Source of the DNA: Lama glama
Lineage: Eukaryota
DNA length: 64,000 bases
Assembly: GCA_028534125.1 (NCBI GenBank)
Contig: CM052817.1
Span: forward strand, 36,706,001 to 36,770,000
Direction: 5' to 3'
The notes beneath the pieces were generated by a model that saw only the letters and a program-made list of their open reading frames with translations, did not search any database and had not been told where the DNA came from. A program made the position numbers and the translations under genes. This document shows positions 1-9,863 of the stretch, in pieces; position 1 is the stretch's first letter, and each line of letters opens with the position of its first letter.

Positions 1-826
1 ACCATAATCCCAATGCTGTACATTAGATTTCCAGAACTTACTCACCTTATTACTGAAAGTTTATACCCTTGACCCACATCTCCCCACTTCAGCCACACCC
101 CAGCCCTGGCAATGACTGTTCTACTCTCTAGTTCTGTGAGTTTGAAGTTTTTAGATTCCACATATAGGTGAGATCATGCAGTATTTGTCTTTCTGTGCCT
201 GGCTTATTTCACTTAGCATAATGTCCTCTCCATTCACCCATGTTGTTGCAAACAGCAGGATTGCTTTTTTTTTAATGGCTGAATAATATTCTATTGCATA
301 TATATGCCACACTTTATTTATCTATTCATCTGTTCATGGACCTACATTATCTCCATATCCTGGCTGTTGTGAATAATGCTGCAATGAACACGGGAGTGCA
401 GATGTCTCTTCGAGACACTGACCTCATTTCCTTTGGATACTTTTACAGCAGTTTTGTTTTTAATTTTTTAGGAACCTCCACACTTTATGTTTTTCATAAA
501 GGCTGTGCCAATTCACCAACACTGTGCAATAGACTGTATGAGGCATTTTGAGTTAATTTTTGAGTATGGGTTAAGGTTCTGATCTCATTCTTTTGCATGT
601 GATCATCCAGTTTTCCCAGCATCATTTTTTAAAGAGATTATCCTTTCCTCACTGAGTATTCTTGGTGCCCTTGTCACGATTAGTCGACCACATACGCGTG
701 GATTTATTTCTTGGCTCCTAATTCTGTTCCATTGGTCTTCGTGTCTGTTTTTATGCCAGTACTATAATGTAGTTTGAAATCAGGAAGTGATCCCTCCAGC
801 TTTGTTTTTCTTTCTCAAGATGGCTT
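1..826 (-). mobile_element. LINE-1 3' UTR/ORF2-end fragment (L1MA9-like), internally deleted near 530-545, runs off the window start
   Basis: Typical antisense L1 3' text (TTTTTAGATTCCACATATAGGTGAGATCATGCAGTATTTGTCTTTCTGTGCCTGGCTTATTTCACTTAGCATAATGTCC), followed by the ORF2-end text TTTTGCATGTGATCATCCAGTTTTCCCAGCATCATT. Subfamily assigned from memory. Confidence 0.85.
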
Positions 827-869
827 TGAGAGGCTTTCTCAGAGGCATTCCTAACTATTTCATTGTACA

Positions 870-2040
870 TCTCTTAGGAATAAGGACTGATCCACTTTCA
901 TAAACATAATGCAATGATCACACCTAAGACAATCACACCTATTAGTGATTCCATAATACCATCTAATGTACTGTGTATATTCAAATTACCGTAATTGTCC
1001 CTCAAATGTGTTTTATAGTTTTATTTCTTTTTTAATCCAGGAGTCAATCAAAGTTCCTTTTTTGCACTTGGTTGTGCCTATTTAAGCTTTTAATATAGTA
1101 CCCTCCTTACCTCCTCCCTTCTTTTTCTGTCATCACATTGACTTTTTCTGTAGGACTGAAAGATTTAGAAAATCAAAATAAGCTCAGGATGCTCAGTTAA
1201 TTTGAACGTCAGAAAAACAACGAACCATCTTATATTATAATATGCCCCCTTCTTACACTAAAAGATGATTTGTTGTTCATCTGAAATGCAAATTTAAGTG
1301 AGTGTCTTGTACTTTATCTGGCAACCCTACTTTTTGGAAAGTTAGGGCCTGTAGTATCACACAGTAGCTCAATTTCTAGATTTGTTTGTTTTCTTATGAT
1401 TGGAATCCGTTAAACATTTTTTACAAAAGCATTTCATAGGTGATGGTGTGTCTCCTTATTGCGTCACACTAGAAGGCACGTATCTGGTGATCCCCTCAGT
1501 GAAGCTGTTTGATTCCTGGATGACGAGGGTGGCCACCAAATCCTTCTAGTTAAAAGCATCTTCCTCCTGTGGAATTAGTAATTCGTGGGTGGTGTCCTGA
1601 GACCAGGTGAATATCTTGTTCCCAATAACCTTTTATGCAATGATTTTAACATTCATTAGAGATCATTTCCTGATTCAATATTATACTGTGGGTTGCAAAA
1701 TGATTTTGTAATTTTATTATTTCTTCTACATTTATTATTATCTGGCATTTATCTGCAAAGGAGAACTTTCTATTATGCTCTCTCTTATAGTATCACTATA
1801 TACTAATGAAATTAAAAAATTCAATTTGTCATGCCCTATTACTGCCATTATTATTACAATTTTTATTCTCCAATTACTCGAGTTTTGAATAGAAGTCCCT
1901 TAAGTCTGCTCTTTGGCCCCTTAGATGTGATTCCATTTTGTCTTTGAAGGCTTCCTTGCCTTCTATCATTAAAAAGACTTCCCAGGTGCATTATTTACTT
2001 ACTTTGTCCAAGAACAGGAATCAACCTTTTCCCCAAACAG
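870..2040 (-). mobile_element. Old L1 (L1MC/L1ME-type) 3' region, interrupted by MER53
   Basis: Degenerate L1MC/ME-type motifs (ATAATACCATCTAAT...ATATTCAAATT...AATTGTCCCTCAAATGTG; AATCCAGGAGTCAATCAAAG). Confidence 0.55.
1151..1329. mobile_element. MER53 hAT-type palindromic MITE
   Basis: CAGGATGCTCAGTTAATTTGAACGTCAGAAAAACAACGAA ... TTGTTGTTCATCTGAAATGCAAATTTAAGTGAGTGTCTTGTACTTTATCTGGCAACCCTA matches the remembered MER53 consensus and has internal inverted symmetry. Confidence 0.8.
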
Positions 2041-2042
2041 CC

Positions 2043-2729
2043 TGTGACAGTTATCAGCTTGCTCCTGTTGGGCTCAGAAGCCACTGCCTCTGCCCTGCTT
2101 TGTGATACTGGAGTTGGGCCCTGTAAGCACGGTTCCTTTGCCAGCTGGCAGAGTGGCACGCTTTGTCAGTAGAGGGCAGTGGAAGGACACTGCAGGAAAC
2201 GGGCTCCTTGTGCTGGTGTGTATGTGCTCTCTTCCTGCTCCCATGGAGCAGCTGCTGTGATGTGCTCACAGAACACCCCGTGGAGCTCACTCCCTGGCTG
2301 GTTTTGCTGGCACCCTGGTGGGCAGCTACTTGCTCAGTTTCCTGCTCCGTTGTGGCCCATGGTTCCCTGCTTGCAGCCTCAGTCTACTGGCACTCTGGTG
2401 GGAAGGGCTCCATTTGGCAAAGTCAGCCCACAGCTACAGACCAGGTCTGGCCCAGGATAGCACTGCAGACTTCTGTCATCCCCTGGGCTGCATCCCCTCT
2501 TTAATGAAGTCTGAATCTCAGCTTTGGGGAGAGGGTCCCTCTTTCCAAATTGGTCTTTATTTGAGTATTCTCAGTTCTATGGTATTATTAAGGTTCTTCT
2601 TTTTTTTTAAATTAATCTTCTCTGGTTAATCTCCTGTTTTTAGTTCATAATTCTTTTTGTTAAATTTTACTTTCCCTGTTCAAATTACCAATGTGTTTCC
2701 TGTCTTCTAACTGAACCTTGACTGATAGA
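2043..2729 (+). mobile_element. ERVL-class LTR (LTR41-like)
   Basis: Starts TGTGACAGTTAT, contains CCTTTGCCAGCTGGCA...GCTTTGTCAGTAGAGGGCAGTGGAAGGACACTGCAGGA, and ends TTCCCTGTTCAAATTACC...CCTTGACTGATAGA, all typical of the LTR41/LTR33 group. Confidence 0.7.
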
Positions 2730-2960
2730 GTGCACGGGATGGTCTTAATGGTACCACCATTCAAAGATGCAATTTCAGGATTAACTTGGTCATGTCCTTG
2801 GATTTGAGAACAGTGCTGAGCCAGTGGGAAATGGGATGCTTGTGTTCTATAGCATATGACACCACCATCAATAAAGCTGTCACCTGTGGTTGATTGTGAT
2901 GAAATGCCAACAAAAGCCAGTGCACTGGGAGCCCAAGGCACTGGACTGAGGATGACAAGG
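2730..2960 (+). mobile_element. Degraded ERVL 5' internal (gag-proximal) sequence adjoining the LTR
   Basis: Follows the LTR end directly; the GCCAGTGGGAAATGGGATGCT...GTCACCTGTGG pattern resembles the ERVL 5' internal region. Weak similarity. Confidence 0.4.
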
Positions 2961-2967
2961 ATGGTGG

Positions 2968-3098
2968 TGTCTTAGTCTGTTTGGGCTACTGCAGTCTGGG
3001 TGCCTTATAAACAGCACACATTTCTTTCTAACAGTTCTAGAGGCTGAAAGTCCAAAATCAAAGCATTAAGGTCTAGTGAGGGCTTGTTTTTTGGTTCA
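2968..3098 (-). mobile_element. MaLR LTR fragment (MLT1A-like)
   Basis: TGTCTTAGTCTGTTTGGGCTACT...CAGTTCTAGAGGCTGAAAGTCCAAATCAAAGCA is the antisense MLT1A 3' end. Confidence 0.65.
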
Positions 3099-3099
3099 C

Positions 3100-5340
3100 T
3101 CTATTTATTTGCTGAAACCACAGTGTTTTTATTAGAGAGGCTTTATAGTCTGATTTAATCTTTGTTAGGGCTAGTCTTCCCTAATTGCTTTAATTTTTCC
3201 GAATTTTCATTCATATTGTTGTATGTTTACTTTTCCATATGAATTATAGAATTAGCTTGCATAGCTCCAGAAAAAAAATTACTCTAATTTAAATTGGAAT
3301 CACATTGCATTTATATGTTATTGGGGAAGAACTGACATCTTTATGATGTTGAATTTCCTATAGGAGAACAAATAATGTCTTTCCATTTGTTTAAGGCCTT
3401 TTCTTTTGGCCTACAGGAGTATTTCACAATTTTCCAAAATAGTTTTGGCATGTTCTCTAAGACTTTTATCTTTTTTTGTTTCTGTATTAAATGACATTGT
3501 ATCTTTTCAATGGTTACTGTTAGTATTTTTTGTACATATGTTTTTAGTTAAATTTTATATCACGCTACCTCACAGAGCTTGTTAGTTGTTATTTTTAGTA
3601 TTGATTCTCTGTTTTCTAGCTGTAGTGTTATATAATCTACATAAAGATATAAATTATTTCTCAATTCTTATGCACCTAAATGCTTATTATTATTAGATTG
3701 TATCTTAAAAGCTAAGTTACACAGTAGCGGAGAGAGAGGGCATGCTTGCTTTGACCTTGATCTTAATGAGAATGCCTGTAATGTGTCTCCATTAAGTCTG
3801 ATGTCATTCTTTGGGCTGAGATATAAAATATTTCATTGTGTTAGTGAGTATTCCGTAATTTTTATTTTATGTTTATGAAATTAGGAATGAGTATTGACAT
3901 TAGTTAAGGGCTGTGTTATGCTTTATTATTTACTCCCAATTATTTCTTTTTCCTTCATCTATCATGATTCATTGTGAGGGGAGGGTACTTCACCTGCACA
4001 TTGGTATTGGGTTTGACCACATGACTAGCTTTGAACAATGGAATTTAATCAAAAGTGGTGGTGTGTCAGTTCTGAGCCAAAGCATCATATGTTTCTGTTC
4101 ACCCATCTTGTGTTCCTTCTACCCTCAGAAAGACAGGCCCCCAAGTAGTCAGTCCCAGGTAGAGAGACATATGGAACAGACCTGATCTATCCTGCAGCCT
4201 GAAGCACAACCACGCTCTGCCAACCCACAAACTGTTGAGTGAGAAAAAGAAAAACATTTGATGTTGTAAGTAAACTACTGTGATATTGGGGGTGTTATTC
4301 ATTACTTTCATAAGAATAGCTGACTAATACAAATTCCTTTTTAATTATCTATAGATCTAATCATATGGCATCTTTCTCCTTAGATCTAACTATATGGTGA
4401 GTTATAGGAATGAATTTACTAATATTGAAGCATCATTGTCTGGGATTAAATCCCCCTTGATTGTGATGCATTCTTTAAACTTGATTTTAGATTTTGTCTG
4501 CTGGCATTTTATTTAGAATTTTTCCGTTGCTAGGCATGAATGAGACTGGTTTATAGTTGTGTGTTTGCAATCATTGCTAGGTTTGAGTGCCAAAGTATTA
4601 CTTGGTTCATAAAGATCATTTGAAAGTTCTCCTTTTCTGCTACAATTGAAACAGTATTGGGGTTGTCTAGTCTGAAGTTTTGGTATAATTCTACTGTAAA
4701 ATCATTTGAAACTAGTTTTTACAGGTAGTTCTTTGATAACTTTATCTCTTTCCACTGAAGAAATTTGTCTATTTATGCTTTCTATGGCTAGCAAAGTCAA
4801 TTTTGGTAAATTGTATTTCCTAGGAAATAATCCAGTTCATCTAGGTTTCCTATTTGATTTGTACTGAGTTGTACAAAGTAAGTTACTTTTGACTTTTAAA
4901 ATTTCCCCATGTCATTGTCATCTCTTTGTTTTTGTTCCTTATTTGTGTTTTCTACCTTTCTTCCTTTATTGGATTAGCTAGTGGTTTATCTGTTTTGCTG
5001 ATTTTTTTTTTTACACAAAGAACCAGCATTTTGGATTTATTTCTACTATTTTTCTGTTCTCTACCTCATTACCCTTACTTTTAATTTTATTGTTTCCTTC
5101 CTTATGCTCTGTTTTACTTTATTTTGTTGCTCTTTTCTAAGAGGAGCTCAATATATTTATTTTCATTCTTTTATTTTGTTGTTGCAAGAATTTAAAGCTA
5201 TGGATTTTCTGCAATCACTAGTGTAACTGTACTCTATTGATTGTATGTTTTTATTATATTTCATTTTTAAGAAATTCTGCAACTTAAATGTTTCCCCTTT
5301 TGTTCCAAGAGTTGTTCAATAGAGAATTTTTAAATTTCCA
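3100..5340 (-). mobile_element. Ancient L1 ORF2 remnant (L1ME/L1M5-type), split by an MLT1 LTR at 3912-4331
   Basis: T-rich antisense L1 ORF2 motifs (TTCCATATGAATTATAGAATTAGCTTG; GAACTGACATCTTTATGATGTTGAAT; GGGCATGCTTGCTTTGACCTTGATCTTAATGAGAATG; AAGAACCAGCATTTTGGATTTATT). Confidence 0.7.
3912..4331 (+). mobile_element. MaLR solo LTR (MLT1H/I/J group)
   Basis: TGT...ACA termini; TTTGACCACATGACTAGCTTTGAACAATGGAAT; GAGACATATGGAACAGACCTGA; ends AATAGCTGACTAATACA. Confidence 0.75.
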
Positions 5341-5874
5341 AATGGAATTTCTAGCTTTAGAAAGAGCAGAGGAGCAAGGCATGGAAATAAAGACACTTCC
5401 TCCACTTCAGGTTTCCAAAAGTTTGCGCTTTGAATGAAGTTGAAAATTTTGATTATTATCTGAAACTTCATTTAAATTTTTTTCCAATTCTAAGGAACTA
5501 TTTGTTTATTATCTACAAGTGATCAGAATAGGTATGCGACTTACCAAGTTGTCATCCAAGGGCAGGAATGCAATAAATTTACTGAGAAAATTAATGGAGA
5601 GTGATGAGAAACAATACAATTGATTTGTGATTGCATCTAGACCTTCATTAGCTTTTACATCAGGTTCGTGAAAATTAGAGAAAGGTTGCTCCCACTGATT
5701 GGAAATGGCCTACAGAGCCCAATATGGTTGGAGGGGTTCTGGCTGAATATCAACCCCTACTTGACCCCTGTTTCCTTTCCTAGGAACTTTAGCTTAGCCA
5801 GAAGCTGTATGGTTGATGCAGCAGGTCTTAAATTGCTCTCTATGAAGTCCAGCACATTCATTAAAATGATTACA

Positions 5875-5880
5875 TTTATT
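5875..5880 (-). terminator. SPP1: Distal SPP1 polyadenylation signal AATAAA
   Basis: TTTATT on + strand, in a context (GCAATTAATAAA on -) resembling the human SPP1 3' UTR end. Confidence 0.6.
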
Positions 5881-5957
5881 AATTGCTAGGCAACTATAGG
5901 AAACCAAATAAGAAATGCAATTGACACCACCAAACTCCTTAGATCTGAGATATAAGA

Positions 5958-5963
5958 TTTATT
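5958..5963 (-). terminator. SPP1: Proximal SPP1 polyadenylation signal AATAAA
   Basis: GTGTGAATAAATCTT on - strand about 410 nt after the stop codon, followed by the GU-rich TTTGGTGGTGTC; matches the remembered mammalian SPP1 3' UTR. Confidence 0.75.
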
Positions 5964-6369
5964 CACACTGACAAAAATAATCACAACAAAATATATACTA
6001 ATTTAAAAAACAAAAGATCATAGTGACAGAAAATTTTATATTCTCTCTTGTAAGTACGTAAAAGTAATTTTGTTTGCTTCTACATACATTTCTATTCATA
6101 AATGGGTAGCAAACATTAAAATGCAGTGATGGTTTGCATTTCTCACATGGAAAGAACATAGACTAAACCTTGAAGTTTTTAGTTTACGAAGGTGTTACCA
6201 TGAAGAGACACACTAAACTAATAATCAAAAACATTCTGTCTCTAGATCCATATACATATACATTCACCAACTAAGCTGAGAAATAAGCATTTCATATTCT
6301 CTCCCACCTCGCTATAGTGTATTTTTTCTTTTTACTAAAAGCAAAGTAAGAAATTGTATTTTTCTGCTT

Positions 6370-6759
6370 TTAATTGACCTCAGAAGATGCACTATCTAAT
6401 TCATGAGAAACGCGAAATTTCAGGTGTGTGTCTTCTTCCTCACTTTTAGGGTCTAGGACTAGCTTATCTTCATGGCTAGGAAGTTCTTGGCTGTGGATTT
6501 CAGGGCTGACTTGGGAATTTTCCTGACTATCAACCACATCGGAATGCCGGTCACCCTCATCATCAGCCTTCAGCTTGTATTCTTCGGAATGCTCCTGGCT
6601 GTGGGTTTCCACGCTGTGGTCACCCGGCTGACTCGTCTCCTGACTGTCCTTCCACTGGCTGTTCCAGTCAGAAGCCGTGTGCAGGCCCTGAGCATCAAAG
6701 ATGGCCTTGTGTGCCTCGTCCGCCTCCTCACTTTCCACATGTGTCATGGCCTCTGGATG
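6370..6759 (-). CDS. SPP1: Osteopontin exon 7 coding part ([12 protein letters not shown]...[16 protein letters not shown], 129 aa + TAA)
   Basis: Diagnostic C-terminus [12 protein letters not shown]; acceptor ...TGATTCAG| with AG at 6760-6761; in frame with ORF 6370..6768. Confidence 0.97.
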   Translation of the reverse strand, partial: HPEAMTHVESEEADEAHKAIFDAQGLHTASDWNSQWKDSQETSQPGDHSVETHSQEHSEEYKLKADDEGDRHSDVVDSQENSQVSPEIHSQELPSHEDKLVLDPKSEEEDTHLKFRVSHELDSASSEVN

Positions 6760-7455
6760 CTGAATCATAGCACAAATGGGAGAAGAATGAAATGAACAGC
6801 CAGGGATGGGAACACTGTAATTTTTTCTACTTTCTAACTTTTAGGCCAATTTATTCTATAAAAATGTTTAAATTTGGCTGAAGCAAAAAATAATAGTAGT
6901 GTGTTACTTTTTTTTTTTTTTACTAAGCCTTTTCACATCATCTCCTTTAGTTTAATAGGTACAGCGATTATGTACGTGATGAAACCTAGGAGGTAGAACT
7001 CATTATCTGATTTACATAAAAGGAAAGTGAATTGAAAGTTAAAAAGTAAAGAGAATAGTAAATGGCAAGGCTATGTGTCAAATCCAGATACTTTGACTGT
7101 AGATTCAGTGTAATTTGCAACTCTACAATTCTTATGTATTTAACTTTAAAACATGACCATTATATTGTAAAAATAATCACTCTTTTCTGAAGCCTTTTTT
7201 AACCTTAAAAGGTGAATAGAAAAAAATGCTTTATAGCCAGGACTTGGAAAAACAGCATTGTGATTGAGAGACAAAAATTAGGAAGAAATTATGTGGACTA
7301 AAATACAAAAACCACCAGGTAGAAAAAGGTTTTGCACTCAATGATTACAAAGTAGTAATACTTGCTGAATGAATGAATGAGTGAGGATGGGGACTCTGGT
7401 TTCCTAGAACTGGGCTCTCATCATAACCATTTGATGTGTCTTTTCAAGGATTTAC

Positions 7456-7767
7456 CTCAACTTCAGATCTGCGGAACTTCTTAGATTTTGTCCTCAGTGC
7501 ATAACCAATGTTATCACCTCGGCCATCTTGTGTGTCTTCTGTGGGGACAGCTGGAGTGAAAACTGCGGTTGCTGGAATGTCAGTGGGAAAGTCAGTGACC
7601 ACCTCATCAGACTCATCAGAATGGTGAGACTCGTCGGAACGGTCAGTGTCATCGGTATGATCATCAGAGTCATTTGAGTCAACGTCCTGGCTGTCCACAG
7701 TGTCATCATCGTCATCATCCACATCGTCCGTGAGGTCAGGACTTTCATTGGACGTACTTGGGAGGGT
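7456..7767 (-). CDS. SPP1: Osteopontin exon 6 (104 aa: TLPSTSNES, poly-Asp, [15 protein letters not shown] at 7513-7521)
   Basis: 312 nt, acceptor TTTTTAG| and donor |GTAAAT; contains the poly-D tract, the ASARM-like [15 protein letters not shown] and KSKKFRRS motifs. Confidence 0.97.
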
Positions 7768-8785
7768 CTAAAAATCAAGATGGCCAGAAAAATTGGTATA
7801 AGGGTTTTTATCCTTCCTTAGCCTTTACAGTGCATTAATCTTTGACTGTCACAATCTTTGCATTCACAACAAAGCACTCAATGGCTTTTAGGAGTTAAAA
7901 TGAGCACCTTCCAATTCCTTTTTAACACAATGATAAATGGAATCATATTCTGAGGCATTTTTCTTGCTTTTTCATAAAAGTATATTCATAGGTATTTTCA
8001 AGGCAAATATTAGTAAAATATTTATATCGATAACATTGTTCTTCCTTGTTCATATTAGACATTATTTAATTTACTGAATTCTATCATGCAATAAATACAG
8101 ATACTTAATTGTGAGACTATTTTTTCTACTTGAAATGAGAATTCAAGGAGATCACAGCATCCGTATATTAATGCATACTCCCAAATCTAAAACCACCTCC
8201 CTGTTAGCATAGATAATTAATAGGTTATCCATGTATAGAAACTGTGGCTCAATTAATCAGTTAATGTCTATAAACTGATTAGCAAATATACTGGGTCATT
8301 TATCCAACTTTCCTTATTAGAGATCCTTAGCATCTTCAAAATCTTGAAGAAAACAGATTTACCTTATCCCTTTGCTTAGCAAATATATTAATAGTCCCAA
8401 TAAAAAGAATATTTATTAAATAATAAACCATTATGTTAGGAACAGAAATGCTCCTAGAGGCAAAATCTTGGCTTTGGTAAGCATTAATTAGATGCTTATC
8501 AAATATTAGATAAGACTTCTACAAAATACCATAAATAACTTGCAAGAGGCTCAGTATTTCACCCAGACATTAGCAAACATTTCCTGCCACACTAAATGTA
8601 TTTGCAGAAATCTGGTATTTCTGACATTTAGTAAATACTTGTGTTTTTTGTGAGCAAGTTTTAGATAGAAATTTTACTGGAGAATTTACTAGTGGAATTG
8701 AACCCAGGCAATGTCACCAAGAGAAAGAGTGGCTTTTTAATCCCTCCAAGACACAATGGACCTTAGATTCAAAGTGAAAACTCAC

Positions 8786-8827
8786 CTCTTGTTTGAAGTT
8801 GTCAGTTTCTTCAGAAGATGCAGTACT
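8786..8827 (-). CDS. SPP1: Osteopontin exon 5 (STASSEETDNFKQE, 14 aa)
   Basis: 42 nt, CTTCCTTCTTCAG| ... |GTGAG; SSEE Fam20C motif; same size as the human exon. Confidence 0.95.
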
Positions 8828-9117
8828 CTGAAGAAGGAAGGGCATACGGATCAGTGTACATCATGTATGCTTAACGTTTTAATTCAAAAGTTAGCCTTTT
8901 CCATCCAAAGCAGGTCTTATTTTGTAGCCTCATTGATGTATGGCTTAGGCAGGAAGACAACATGGCAGATCAATTGGTGTCCTAAGCTCCTGTTTACCAG
9001 CAGGCAGGAAGGATCTATTTAACCAGCCCAAATGGCCCGCTTGGTGGCTATTTTTGTGGTGATTGTTGTTTAATTGTGAGAATTTTAATTGTTATAATTA
9101 ATTAACATAAAAAATAC

Positions 9118-9198
9118 CTGTGGTGCTAGGAAAGTCTCCTTCTGAGATGGGTCAGGCTTTAGCCATGTGGCTACAGCATCCGGGTATTTGTTGTTAAG
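9118..9198 (-). CDS. SPP1: Osteopontin exon 4 ([27 protein letters not shown], 27 aa)
   Basis: 81 nt, TTTTTTTGTAG| ... |GTATTT; conserved [16 protein letters not shown]. Confidence 0.96.
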
Positions 9199-9374
9199 CT
9201 ACAAAAAAAGAGTTGCATATTTGTCATTACTGCAAAAAAGAAACAGGGATCTCTAAGTGATAAGCTGAAAAAACAAAGGATACTTCAGCAATCTTGACGG
9301 GTAAGTATAATACACATTACAAAGTCAACCAGAGCCTTAGGCACGCCTTTCGTAATTTACTCTTTCTGGCAGAT

Positions 9375-9570
9375 TCATTTAATAAACTCTTACATAGCAC
9401 TTACTATGAGCCAGGCACACTTTGAAAGTGATTTACAAATACTCATCATTTAATCCTGGCAGAGGTATCGTTATTATATATTATTCCCACTTTACAGATC
9501 AGGAGAAACTGGGCCACAGTGAAGTTAAGCGGTAGTAAGTAGCAGAGCCAGGGTTCAGATCCGGTGGTTC
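9375..9570 (-). mobile_element. MIR SINE in SPP1 intron 3
   Basis: AGCACTTACTATGAGCCAGGCAC...CATTTAATCCT...CCCACTTTACAGATCAGGAGAAACTGGGCCACAGTGAAGTTAAG is the MIR core. Confidence 0.8.
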
Positions 9571-9712
9571 TTCACACCGACGATGATCTGTGCCTCCCTG
9601 CTCTGTTAGCTGAAATTCCTCTCAGATGAAGCCAACTAACGTAGAGGTGCCCTTAATTAGTGTCGGTCTTCCTTGTTCCCTTTCTCTATGGAACGAGGAA
9701 AAACCCTCTAAG

Positions 9713-9863
9713 GCTGTGCTGTCCAGTATGGTAACCTCTAGCCATGAAACACACCGCTATTTCAATCTAAGTTAATTAAAAAAAAATTTAGCTTCTCCAT
9801 TGCACGGGCCACATTTCGAGTGTTCAAGAGTCACATGTGCCTAGAGGCTACCTTAGCGGACAG
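9713..9863. mobile_element. MER3/MER33-type hAT-Charlie MITE in intron 3
   Basis: CTGTGCTGTCCAGTATGGTAACCTCTAGCCA...GCCACATTTCGAGTGTTCAAGAGTCACATGTGCCTAGAGGCTACC...GGACAG with terminal inverted repeats. Confidence 0.75.

Noticed and set aside
6472..6795. 107-aa plus-strand ORF, and the alternative-frame ORF 7494..7778
   Set aside because: These are shadow ORFs of SPP1 exons 7 and 6 with no independent splice, promoter or homology support.
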